Part shown: one piece after another, positions 1 through 7,907 of the stretch | How positions within the stretch are numbered: the first letter of the stretch is position 1 | How the letters are laid out: each line of letters starts with the position of its first letter | NCBI GenBank assembly: GCA_003599055.1 | Contig: QZIM01000023.1 | Coordinates: 24,346-88,345 of the forward strand | Direction: 5' to 3' | DNA from: Candidatus Woesearchaeota archaeon | GTDB taxonomy: Archaea > Nanobdellota > Nanobdellia > Woesearchaeales > ARS49 | DNA length: 64,000 nucleotides | Notes under the pieces: generated by a model | The model's input: only the letters and a program-made list of their open reading frames with translations | The model's database searches: none | Told to the model about the DNA's origin: nothing | Program-made: the position numbers and the translations under genes

Positions 1-1
1 T

Positions 2-181
2 TTGCTAAAAGGATTCAAAATCGACTCTGTGCTTCGTGGACCATACAATTACAAAGGAGCAACGTCTTTCCATTTGGCACTGTATAGGCAATCACTCAAG
101 AAATTTGAAGAAGAAATTGGTTTTATGCACCCTGAAAAAAAGTTTAAACTAGCAAAAATAAATGGGGGCACTGCGATTTGA
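2..181 (+). CDS. 3' fragment of a LAGLIDADG-type homing-endonuclease-like ORF (5' end outside the window)
   Basis: Frame 2 is open from the window edge to TGA at 179-181: ...SFHLALYRQSLKKFEEEIGFMHPEKKFKLAKINGGTAI*. The 'F..EIGF...K..KL' tail resembles LAGLIDADG C-termini. It is AT-rich relative to its neighbours. The last 19 nt overlap tRNA-Trp on the other strand. No catalytic motif is visible in the fragment. Confidence 0.35.
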   Translation: MLKGFKIDSVLRGPYNYKGATSFHLALYRQSLKKFEEEIGFMHPEKKFKLAKINGGTAI

Positions 182-236
182 ACGCAGATCCGGCGGGTTG
201 GAGCCGCCTATTCTAGCCAGGTTAAACTATGCCCCC
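163..236 (-). tRNA. tRNA-Trp (anticodon CCA), 74 nt, no intron
   Basis: The reverse complement folds as a cloverleaf. Acceptor GGGGGCA/TGCCCCC; D stem GUUU/GAAU (two G-U pairs); anticodon stem GGCGG/CCGCC with loop CU-CCA-AC (anticodon at 199-201); T arm CTGCG-TTCAAAT-CGCAG; discriminator A. CCA is not encoded. Confidence 0.85.
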
Positions 237-258
237 GCAATATGGTGCAGAAGTGAAG

Positions 259-270
259 GGTTTAAAAACA
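259..270 (-). promoter_or_regulatory. TATA-like box upstream of tRNA-Trp
   Basis: The minus strand reads GTTTTTAAACCC about 24 nt upstream of the tRNA 5' end. The same TTTTTAAAC-type box precedes tRNA-Phe and glyS. Confidence 0.5.
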
Positions 271-301
271 TAATGGTGCTAATTGGGTGAAAAGAGGCTC
301 A

Positions 302-862
302 ATGAAACGTGTCTTTATCATCCATTGCTGGGGCGGGACGCCAAAGGATAATTGGTATTCGTGGCTGAAGGCGCAGCTGGAGAAAGAGGGCTTTGCGGTG
401 GAGGTTCCGGCAATGCCGGATACGGAACATCCGAGAAGGGAGACGTGGGTGCCGCTGCTCAAAAAGCGTATCGGAAAGCCGGATAAGGATACCTATCTCG
501 TCGGGCACAGCATCGGCTGTTCTGCGATTTTGCGCTATTTGGAGGAGAATGGTCCTGTTGGCGGGTGCCTTTTGGTTGCGGGCTTTTTTGAGGTGACGTG
601 GCCGCACGTGCCGACAAAGGAGGATAAGGCATTGATGGATGGGTGGACCGGCCCGCTTGATGAGGGTGCAGTGAGGAAGAACGCGGGCGACTTGCGCTGT
701 TTGTTTTCCGATAATGACCCGTGGGTTCCGCTAAGCAACGTAAAAAAGTTTGAGGAGCGTCTTGGAGCAAAGGCCGTGGTTGAACGCAAGCAGGGGCATT
801 ACAGTAATGGGATGGCGACGGTTCCAACTGCCCTGAAAATGCTCTTGGAGATGGCAAGATGA
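302..862 (+). CDS. alpha/beta serine hydrolase, RBBP9/YdeN-like
   Basis: GHSIG nucleophile elbow, N-terminal VFIIHCWGG, and a single ~185 aa domain. ATG at 302 is preceded by GGTGA..AGAGG; the ORF track starts at GTG 287. Confidence 0.7.
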   Translation: MKRVFIIHCWGGTPKDNWYSWLKAQLEKEGFAVEVPAMPDTEHPRRETWVPLLKKRIGKPDKDTYLVGHSIGCSAILRYLEENGPVGGCLLVAGFFEVTWPHVPTKEDKALMDGWTGPLDEGAVRKNAGDLRCLFSDNDPWVPLSNVKKFEERLGAKAVVERKQGHYSNGMATVPTALKMLLEMAR

Positions 863-1989
863 GGCCAAGGGCATATTATGAGGCGATTGCAACGCTGACC
901 GGCTGTATTATTGGTGCAGGGGTGCTTGGCATTCCGTATATGGTGGTCCGTTCGGGTTTTTGGACGGGAATGCTGATGATTGTGGTGCTTGGGCTTGCGA
1001 GCTTGCTTGTGCATTTGCTGGTGGGTGAGGTTGCGCTTCGGACCAAGGCGTGCCATCAGCTCGTGGGCCTTGCCGAGAAGTATTTGGGAAAGCACGGCAA
1101 GTTCGGGATGCTTGCATCAATGATTGTGGGCGTGTATGGTGCGCTGATTGCGTACACGATTGGGGTTGGGCGAAGTCTTGCAGTAATTGTGGGAGGGCCC
1201 GAGTGGGCGTGGAGTGTTGCGTTTTATGTGGTGATGTCTGCGCTGGTTTTCGGGAGTATTTTGGTTCTTGCCCGTTCTGAATTGTTTTTGGAGTCGGTGA
1301 AGTTTCTTGTGCTTTTTGCGGTTTTGCTCGTGCTGTTTTTGTCGCGTCATTTTGACGTGGCAAAGCTGTCGGGTTTTTCGTGGCAGAACTTTTTGGTACC
1401 GTATGGGGTGATTTTGTTTGCGTATTTGGGGACTGCGGCGATTCCTGAGGTGCGTGAGGAGATGCGGGTGTGCCCGCGTTTCACGCGGCGGGCGATTGTG
1501 ATTGGCTCTTTGTTGCCGGTTCTTGCATACGCGTTATTCACTGCGGCAGTTGTGGGTGTTTCGGGCGCGTATACTTCAGAAGTGGCGACGATTGTGCTGG
1601 GACAGATGGTTGGGCCGTTTGGCTTTCTGATGCTGCACGTGTTTGCAATTCTGGCGATGGCGACGTCGTTTATTGCGCTTGGGTACGCGCTTAAGCAGTC
1701 GTATCACGAGGATTTTCATTTGCCGGTTGTGGAGTCGTGGGCGCTTGTGGTCGTGGTTCCTGCCGTTTTGATGGTTTTGGGCGCGCAGTCGTTTGTGCGG
1801 ACGCTTGATGTTGCAGGGACGTTTGCGGGCGGGATTGCGGGTATTTTGATTGTGCTGATGCACGCGCGGGCAAAAAAGTTCGGTGAGCGTGAGCCTGAGT
1901 ACAGGTTAACGTTGCCAAAGGCAGCGTACGGCCTTCTTATTGTGCTGTTCGCAGTGGGGATGCTGTATCAGGTTGTGCTGCTGTTGTAG
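859..1989 (+). CDS. polytopic amino-acid permease-like transporter
   Basis: 376 aa with about 11 hydrophobic helices. The N-terminal GCIIGAGVLGIPY is typical of Aa_trans / Trp-Tyr permease-type carriers. ATGA start/stop overlap with the upstream gene. Confidence 0.65.
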   Translation: MRPRAYYEAIATLTGCIIGAGVLGIPYMVVRSGFWTGMLMIVVLGLASLLVHLLVGEVALRTKACHQLVGLAEKYLGKHGKFGMLASMIVGVYGALIAYTIGVGRSLAVIVGGPEWAWSVAFYVVMSALVFGSILVLARSELFLESVKFLVLFAVLLVLFLSRHFDVAKLSGFSWQNFLVPYGVILFAYLGTAAIPEVREEMRVCPRFTRRAIVIGSLLPVLAYALFTAAVVGVSGAYTSEVATIVLGQMVGPFGFLMLHVFAILAMATSFIALGYALKQSYHEDFHLPVVESWALVVVVPAVLMVLGAQSFVRTLDVAGTFAGGIAGILIVLMHARAKKFGEREPEYRLTLPKAAYGLLIVLFAVGMLYQVVLLL

Positions 1990-1992
1990 GGC

Positions 1993-2238
1993 TTACTGTT
2001 CGTCCTTATGATAGAGTTCGAGAAAGACTATCCTGTTCTCTTCTTTGAAGTATGCGTACGAGAGGCGAAATGGAGGGATATGGACTTCTCGCGTGCCTTT
2101 TCGCGCGTAGCGCATGGGCTTGCCGATTTCCGGGTTCTGAATGATTTTCCTGATATGTGAAACGAGTCTTTCTTTTGTGCTTGAATCGGTAATCTTTGAG
2201 AATGTCTTAAGAAATCGGTTTGTGCGCTCGGCAATCAT
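1993..2238 (-). CDS. RelE/ParE-family toxin
   Basis: 81 aa; ...REVHIPPFRLSYAYFKEENRIVFLELYHKDEQ matches the RelE/ParE fold pattern. 4-nt overlap with the upstream antitoxin gene. Confidence 0.65.
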   Translation of the reverse strand: MIAERTNRFLKTFSKITDSSTKERLVSHIRKIIQNPEIGKPMRYARKGTREVHIPPFRLSYAYFKEENRIVFLELYHKDEQ

Positions 2239-2507
2239 GCGCGGTTAAGCTCGGAGAGGAAGTCATCCGCGCTTTGGGTTTTAAAATTGCCTTTGTCGTA
2301 TTCTATCCACGCCTCTTCGGTTTTTTTGGCGAATTCGAGGTCGTCCGTGAGTTGCTTGCGCACCGTGCTTGCTTTTTTGAGGATGATGTGCTCTTTTGTT
2401 CTGAGGATGATGAGTTTTTCTCCTTCTTTCAGGTCTTTTCGCATATCAAGAGGGATAACGATTTGTCCTTTTGAGCTGACGCTTGTGATGGCAATGTCAT
2501 TCATCAT
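2235..2507 (-). CDS. AbrB/SpoVT (MazE-like) antitoxin
   Basis: 90 aa; the N-terminal SSKGQIVIPLDMRKDL is the SpoVT/AbrB swapped-hairpin motif. Forms a two-gene toxin-antitoxin unit with 1993..2238. Confidence 0.7.
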   Translation of the reverse strand: MMNDIAITSVSSKGQIVIPLDMRKDLKEGEKLIILRTKEHIILKKASTVRKQLTDDLEFAKKTEEAWIEYDKGNFKTQSADDFLSELNRA

Positions 2508-2627
2508 AGTGTGTAAGACAAATCTTACCGATATTTAAGCGTTTCGGAAAAGAATGCGAAGAAGAATAGGAATGCTGCTCTCTTTCGCGGTGCGGATGCA
2601 GTATCAGGTTGTGCTGCTAAGTTAGAA

Positions 2628-5069
2628 TTACTTCTTCTGCGCAATGCCTTTGAGCGTGAGGAGGAGCGCGAGTATTGCAAGCAAGCCAAGAACTATGCTG
2701 AACGCGGGTCGGAAGTGTAGGGGCAGCCACGTCTTGACGACAACAAGAGAGACCGTGTTGCTTTCAACGCGTGCGCCTTTTTCATCAGTTGCGATGAATT
2801 TGACGCGCTCTTCGCCGCTAAAGCCGTGCTCAGGGGTGAGGACTGCGGTTGTGCCGATAAAGTCTATCGTGATTTTTTGCGTGGGTGTTGCGCTGAAGGT
2901 GAGTTTTCCGCCGTCGGGGTCGGCAAAGTAGGGGCCAAGTTCAAGGCGTGCGACCGTGTCTTGTTTCCAAACCTGCGGGGGGATTGCGCCGCTTGCGTTT
3001 TCCGTGCGTGAGCCAAGGGCAATGAGCGTCACAAGTGCAAGGAGCGCAATGCCTGCATAGAGGAGTGTTCTGCGTGGTTTTTCCGCCTGTTTTTTGAGTT
3101 TCAAATAGGCAGTGTGGGTTCCGGTTGTTATGGGTGCGGTGATGTAAACAAAATGTTTGTCTTCGCCGGATTTTTCGAATCGGACGGGTTTCCACGTGCC
3201 GGTGTATTTTGCAAGGCGTACTTCATCGAGGGTCGCGTTGTGCTTTTTGAGGAGGCGCTTTGGGAGCGCGATGGTGGCTTCGTATGCGCAGTTCGCGTTT
3301 GATTGGAGCGTGAACGTGTGTAGGACGGTGGGGCTTGGCTTAACCGGCGGCGTGCGTCTTTTGATGAGGATTGTTAGGTTTTTGATTGGGTGTTCTGCGG
3401 TGATGCGAAGGAGGTGAAGTCCTGATTTCCACGCGCGAAGGAGGAACGGTGCGTCTTTGGGAACGAGGCGGTATGTGCGTTTGATGAGGTTTTTGCGCAG
3501 GATTTTGCGGGTGATGAGGATGAGTGCGACAAGGATGATGCCGATGGCTGCTGCGCCGAGGTTGGGAAGAATAAAGTCCCACGAAAGGGCGACAATGACT
3601 GCGATGCCAAGGAGTGCGAAGAGGAGTCCTCTGCGTGACGTGCGCGGCTGTTTTTTGCCGCTCTTTACTTCTTTGCGGGAAACGAGGTGATATTGTTTTG
3701 CAAGTGCCTTTTCTGCTTGTGCTTGGAGTTTTGCGCGGTAGTTTTCAAGGCGTTCTTCTTTGCGCTTGCGTTCGCGTTCCTGTTTTTCTTCTTCTGCCTT
3801 GCGTTCTGCGTCGCGTTTTGCGCGTTCTGCTTCTTTTTTGGCGCGTTTTTCCTCTTTGAGGAGGAGTTTTTCCGCGCGTTTTTGTGCGCGGATTGCCTGT
3901 CGTTCTTCTTTTGCGCGTGCGCGGATTGCTTTGCGCTCAGCGCGCCACTCGGAGAATGCGTGCCTGCGTTGTGCAAAGGCGGGCGAGCGGAGGTAGCGGG
4001 CGAGCCAGATAAGGAGCGCGATGCCAAGGAGGATTGCAAGGATGATGCTAAAGAAGACCACGGGATTTCTTTCAAGAAGGGTCGGGCTTTTGAGCTTGAT
4101 GAAGAGTTCTTTGGTGTATGCAATGCCGGTGTCGGTAACGGTTGCGGTGAGCGTTACGGGGTAGGTGTCTTCGGGGTTTTCTTCGGTTGGGGTGAGGCGG
4201 AGCTGAAGGGGGAGTGTTTGTCCGGGCTTGAGCGTGACAACGTTTGGGTTTATCTTGGCAAAGTCTGCGCCGGTAAGGCCGAGTTGGTAGCTGGTTGTTC
4301 TATCGCCAATGTTTTTGATGGTGAGTTCTGCGCTGGTGTCGCCAAAGTCTGAGCGAATGGTGCTGATGCCGGGTGCGAGTTCGGGGATGTCGGTTGGGGT
4401 GATGATGAGTTCGAGCGTGAGTTGTTTTGCCTGGCTGCTCTTTTCGCTTTCAATGGTGAGGGTGAGGGGGAAGCTTCCGCTTTGGGTGCAGTCAGAGGGG
4501 TTGGCGGTAACTTCAACGGTTTGTGCGCTTTTTCCGGTAAGGACGAGTGCGGGGTGCGAGATGTGCGCTTCGTCGTGCCCTTCTGCGAGGAGCGTGTAGA
4601 GTTCGGTGAAGTTTGCGTTGTTTTGGATGGTGATGGGGTATGTTGCGGTGCCGCAGGGCGGGATGACTTGGCTGTTTTTTTCAAGGGTGATGTTGATGGT
4701 GTCAGGGAGCGCAACGCGGATGGTTTGCGCAAGGAGTAATTCTGATGTTCCGTCGGAGAAGATGATGTCAACGGGCAGGTTTTGCGCGCGGGGTTCGCAA
4801 GGGGCGTTGTAGATTGCGGTGATGATGCCGGTTTGCCCTGCTGCAAGGGTGAACCGGGTGGTGGAGAAGAGGACGTTTTGTGCGCCTGCTTGTTCTGCAA
4901 AGATGTCAAATGTTGCGGGTTCACCGGCGGTGTTTTGGACGGTAAGGTTGCGCGTGGTGCTGGTGCACGAATCAAGGGTGATGTCGGAGGTTTCGCCGAA
5001 TGCGACGAATTGGGCACTGGCGCTAAGAAGACTTGCCAACAAGATAAAAAGAAGGGCGAGCCGCTTCAT
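2628..5069 (-). CDS. large multi-pass surface protein with Ig-like ectodomains and a cytoplasmic K/E/R-rich coiled segment
   Basis: Signal-like MKRLALLFILLASLLSASA starts at the internal ATG 5069, 8 nt after the upstream stop. T/S-rich beta-sandwich-like repeats, at least 4 TM segments, a ~90 aa KE/R-rich stretch, and a C-terminal TM anchor. The track ORF extends to 5138. Confidence 0.6.
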   Translation of the reverse strand: MKRLALLFILLASLLSASAQFVAFGETSDITLDSCTSTTRNLTVQNTAGEPATFDIFAEQAGAQNVLFSTTRFTLAAGQTGIITAIYNAPCEPRAQNLPVDIIFSDGTSELLLAQTIRVALPDTINITLEKNSQVIPPCGTATYPITIQNNANFTELYTLLAEGHDEAHISHPALVLTGKSAQTVEVTANPSDCTQSGSFPLTLTIESEKSSQAKQLTLELIITPTDIPELAPGISTIRSDFGDTSAELTIKNIGDRTTSYQLGLTGADFAKINPNVVTLKPGQTLPLQLRLTPTEENPEDTYPVTLTATVTDTGIAYTKELFIKLKSPTLLERNPVVFFSIILAILLGIALLIWLARYLRSPAFAQRRHAFSEWRAERKAIRARAKEERQAIRAQKRAEKLLLKEEKRAKKEAERAKRDAERKAEEEKQERERKRKEERLENYRAKLQAQAEKALAKQYHLVSRKEVKSGKKQPRTSRRGLLFALLGIAVIVALSWDFILPNLGAAAIGIILVALILITRKILRKNLIKRTYRLVPKDAPFLLRAWKSGLHLLRITAEHPIKNLTILIKRRTPPVKPSPTVLHTFTLQSNANCAYEATIALPKRLLKKHNATLDEVRLAKYTGTWKPVRFEKSGEDKHFVYITAPITTGTHTAYLKLKKQAEKPRRTLLYAGIALLALVTLIALGSRTENASGAIPPQVWKQDTVARLELGPYFADPDGGKLTFSATPTQKITIDFIGTTAVLTPEHGFSGEERVKFIATDEKGARVESNTVSLVVVKTWLPLHFRPAFSIVLGLLAILALLLTLKGIAQKK

Positions 5070-5076
5070 GGGCCGT

Positions 5077-6306
5077 TTAGTAATACGCCTCGGTTTTTTC
5101 CTTGTTCCTTGCGTGGGATACGCCAAGGATGATGCCAAGGAGGACGAGGAGCACGACTAAGATGATGAGGACGGCCTGAAGGACGTCTGCTATCTTTGTC
5201 GGTGCGGCGGTGACGTTTGCGGTCATGGTAAGCTGTGATACGCTGTCTTTGCCTGATGTTACGGTTGCAACAAGGGCGTGTGCGCCTGCCAAAGCTTCTT
5301 CATGGACTTGGACGTTGACAAAGACCGTGCTGGTCTGGCCCGCGGGAACAACGAGGGTGCTCGTGGGCGTGATGGTTATTGCTGCCCATTCCTGTGCGGG
5401 GACGGAGACGGTGAATGTTTTGCTGGTCTTTGCCGCATTGGTCACGGTTATCGGGAAGACGACGGTTTGGCCTGCAATCACGTTTTGGAGCTGGTTGCCC
5501 AAGGTAATGCTGGTGACTTTTTCGTCTTGGTTGCACGTGTCGTCTTCAAGGACGGTGATGTGGTTTTTGGATGTGACTTTGTTGTGGCGTTTTTGGAATT
5601 CTGCTTCAACAAAGACATCATAGGTTCCTGCTGCTGCGCATTTGGGGATGCGGATGAAGATTTCTTCGGTTTCTTCTTCATCGTCGCCGTTGTCGAGTTC
5701 TTCAATGTAGGCGGTGCCGGTAACGCCAAGGCCGGGGATGTTCACGGTGACGCGGACATCGTCCTGGTCGCGTTCGCCTACGTTTTCAATGCGCACTTTG
5801 GTTAAAAGTGAGCTGCCTGCGCGGACTGCGGAACTCGGGTTAAAGATGACATCGTCGATGCGGACCGCGTTGCGGGGCGCGTCGATTTTGAGGTTGTAGC
5901 TTTGCGAGAGGGAGTCGCTGTTGCGGTCTGAGACGATGACGCGGAGCTGGTAGTCGTCTCGGTCAAGGTCGTCGGGGATGCGGATGTTGAGCTTTTTGAC
6001 GTAGGTGACGTTTTCGTCTGCGTCAAACACTTGTGTTTTGTCTTCGATGTCGTCGGCGTCTGAGAATTCGTAGCCGCTGATAAAGACGCGAACTTCTGCG
6101 TCGCGAACGTCTGCAAAGGGGGTGAGGCGGACGCGAACCTCGTATTCTTCTCCGCGCTCAAGGGAGAGGCGGTTATCGCCAAGGACGTTAAGGACCGTGT
6201 CGTCAAGTTCAACTTCATCGATAAAGACAGGCACGGTCTGTGCAACTGCGGTGTTTGCGAATGCCGCGATGAGCAGCGTTAAGACGATGAGTTTGAATGC
6301 GTTCAT
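5077..6306 (-). CDS. S-layer-like / CARDB-type surface protein with C-terminal membrane anchor
   Basis: Signal peptide MNAFKLIVLTLLIAAFANTAVA, repeated beta-sandwich segments (..VRVTVNIPGLGV.., ..FPITVTNAAKTSKTFTV..), and a C-terminal TM plus basic tail. The upstream TATA lies about 95 nt from the ATG, with two small hairpins (6366-6380, 6386-6399) in the leader. Confidence 0.55.
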   Translation of the reverse strand: MNAFKLIVLTLLIAAFANTAVAQTVPVFIDEVELDDTVLNVLGDNRLSLERGEEYEVRVRLTPFADVRDAEVRVFISGYEFSDADDIEDKTQVFDADENVTYVKKLNIRIPDDLDRDDYQLRVIVSDRNSDSLSQSYNLKIDAPRNAVRIDDVIFNPSSAVRAGSSLLTKVRIENVGERDQDDVRVTVNIPGLGVTGTAYIEELDNGDDEEETEEIFIRIPKCAAAGTYDVFVEAEFQKRHNKVTSKNHITVLEDDTCNQDEKVTSITLGNQLQNVIAGQTVVFPITVTNAAKTSKTFTVSVPAQEWAAITITPTSTLVVPAGQTSTVFVNVQVHEEALAGAHALVATVTSGKDSVSQLTMTANVTAAPTKIADVLQAVLIILVVLLVLLGIILGVSHARNKEKTEAYY

Positions 6307-6424
6307 GATGTGTTCCCCCGTTTGTGTCGTTTTTTGACCGTTCGTTATTAATGTTTTTCTATTCTGGAGTAGTTTACTCCGAATGTCACTTATCAGTGAT
6401 TACTAATATATAAAGGTTTCGCTT

Positions 6425-7906
6425 CTACTCGAGGATTTCAATGTCCCGATGGACAATGCGGTGGACCGCTCCCGAGTCAATGGTGACGCGAACGGCATAG
6501 TTGCCGGGCGCTGCGTCTTCGGGTATTTCAAGGGCAAGTGTCCTGCCGACGTTCTTGCCGGTTCGCAAATCAAACGGTCCGACGCGCGGCGAGCGGATGC
6601 CGAGTTCAGGGATGCTGATTTGCGCCTTGACGTCCTCAAGTTTTATGTCGCCTGAGTTTTCAAAGTTAAGGGTGACAAGGACCATTTCACCGGCTGTGGC
6701 AAAGTCCTGGATTGCAATAGTGTTAACGTGGACATCAGCGCGCGGCTGTTTTTGCTCTTCAGGGCGGACAACAAAGACGCGCGGGTCAATCGTGACATTC
6801 AAGAGGAATGATTGCTGTGCGCTTGCCGCTCCGTCAGTAACGGTAATCGTTACTGGGTTTTGGCCAACCTGGCTCGGGCTTGGCGTAAAAGAGAGCCAGG
6901 CAAATGCGACGCGCGGGTCCCAAATGCTGACGTAGCAGTCGCCAAATGAAGGGTAGCTGGTTGCGCGAACCCACAGGTTGAACCCGTTGAGGTTCATCGT
7001 GGTCCAAACGTTGCTTTGCAGGTATGCGCTTTGGCCGTTGATGATGACGCCGCACGCATCCTCGTCTACGTCATCAACGGTTACGGTGAATGTCTGTCCG
7101 GTGATGGCGGTGCTTTGGACTGTTTCGTCCTCTTCGACGAATGCGCCGAAGACATACGTGCCGTGCTGGGCGCTTGAAATGGTCATTCCAAGGGGGCCGT
7201 TTACGCTAAAGGAAAGTGCGTTTCCGTCGGGGTCAAATGCGATGACCAGGCTTTGGTAATCTTCTCCGACGAATGCGTCCGTGTCAGGTGTTGAGAGGAT
7301 GACAGGCGGGTTGTTAACGGGTGTTGGAGGGACAAAGTCAAGGACTTGGATGGTGATTGTTTCAAAGTCGCTTGCGCCTTGTGGGTCTGTAACGGTGAAT
7401 GTAACAGTGTAGGTTCCTGCTTGGTTGAAATCAGGGGTCCAGCTGAATGTTTGTCCGCTGAAGAGCGCGCCGCTGGGGAGGTTGCTTGCGGTAAAGGCAA
7501 GGGTTTGTCCTTCGGGGTCTGTTGCGCTGACGGTAAAGAGGAGTTGGCTGCCTTCTACAACGATTTTGTTTCCGATAGCGGCAAGGGCCGGTGCTTGGTT
7601 GGGTGGGGGAACAGGGGGTTGAGTGGGCGGGTTCCAGTCGTTGATTGGCTGGATGGGGTCGGGATTCCAGTCTTGTCCGGGCGGGTTTGGGCCCCAGTCG
7701 GTGAAGTCGTCGGTCCACGTGTCTGTTCCGCCGCTCCAGTCTGAGCCCCAGTCTGAAAAGCCGTCGTCGAATGAGCCGCCGCTGTCAAAGGAGTCGTCAA
7801 ATGAGCCGCCGCTGTCCCAAGAGTCGCCGAACCATCCGCCGGAATCCCACGCGAGTGCGGGAACTAAGGCGATGAGCAGTGCAAGGGCAATGGCGGTTGT
7901 TTTCAT
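6425..7906 (-). CDS. secreted protein: acidic D/S/G/W repeats + cadherin/He_PIG-like Ig domains + CARDB-like C-terminus
   Basis: Signal peptide MKTTAIALALLIALVPALA; DSGGSFDD repeats; 'FTVSATDPEGQTLAFTASNLPSGALF..TFSWTPD' is a putative Ig-domain signature. Confidence 0.55.
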   Translation of the reverse strand: MKTTAIALALLIALVPALAWDSGGWFGDSWDSGGSFDDSFDSGGSFDDGFSDWGSDWSGGTDTWTDDFTDWGPNPPGQDWNPDPIQPINDWNPPTQPPVPPPNQAPALAAIGNKIVVEGSQLLFTVSATDPEGQTLAFTASNLPSGALFSGQTFSWTPDFNQAGTYTVTFTVTDPQGASDFETITIQVLDFVPPTPVNNPPVILSTPDTDAFVGEDYQSLVIAFDPDGNALSFSVNGPLGMTISSAQHGTYVFGAFVEEDETVQSTAITGQTFTVTVDDVDEDACGVIINGQSAYLQSNVWTTMNLNGFNLWVRATSYPSFGDCYVSIWDPRVAFAWLSFTPSPSQVGQNPVTITVTDGAASAQQSFLLNVTIDPRVFVVRPEEQKQPRADVHVNTIAIQDFATAGEMVLVTLNFENSGDIKLEDVKAQISIPELGIRSPRVGPFDLRTGKNVGRTLALEIPEDAAPGNYAVRVTIDSGAVHRIVHRDIEILE

Positions 7907-7907
7907 T

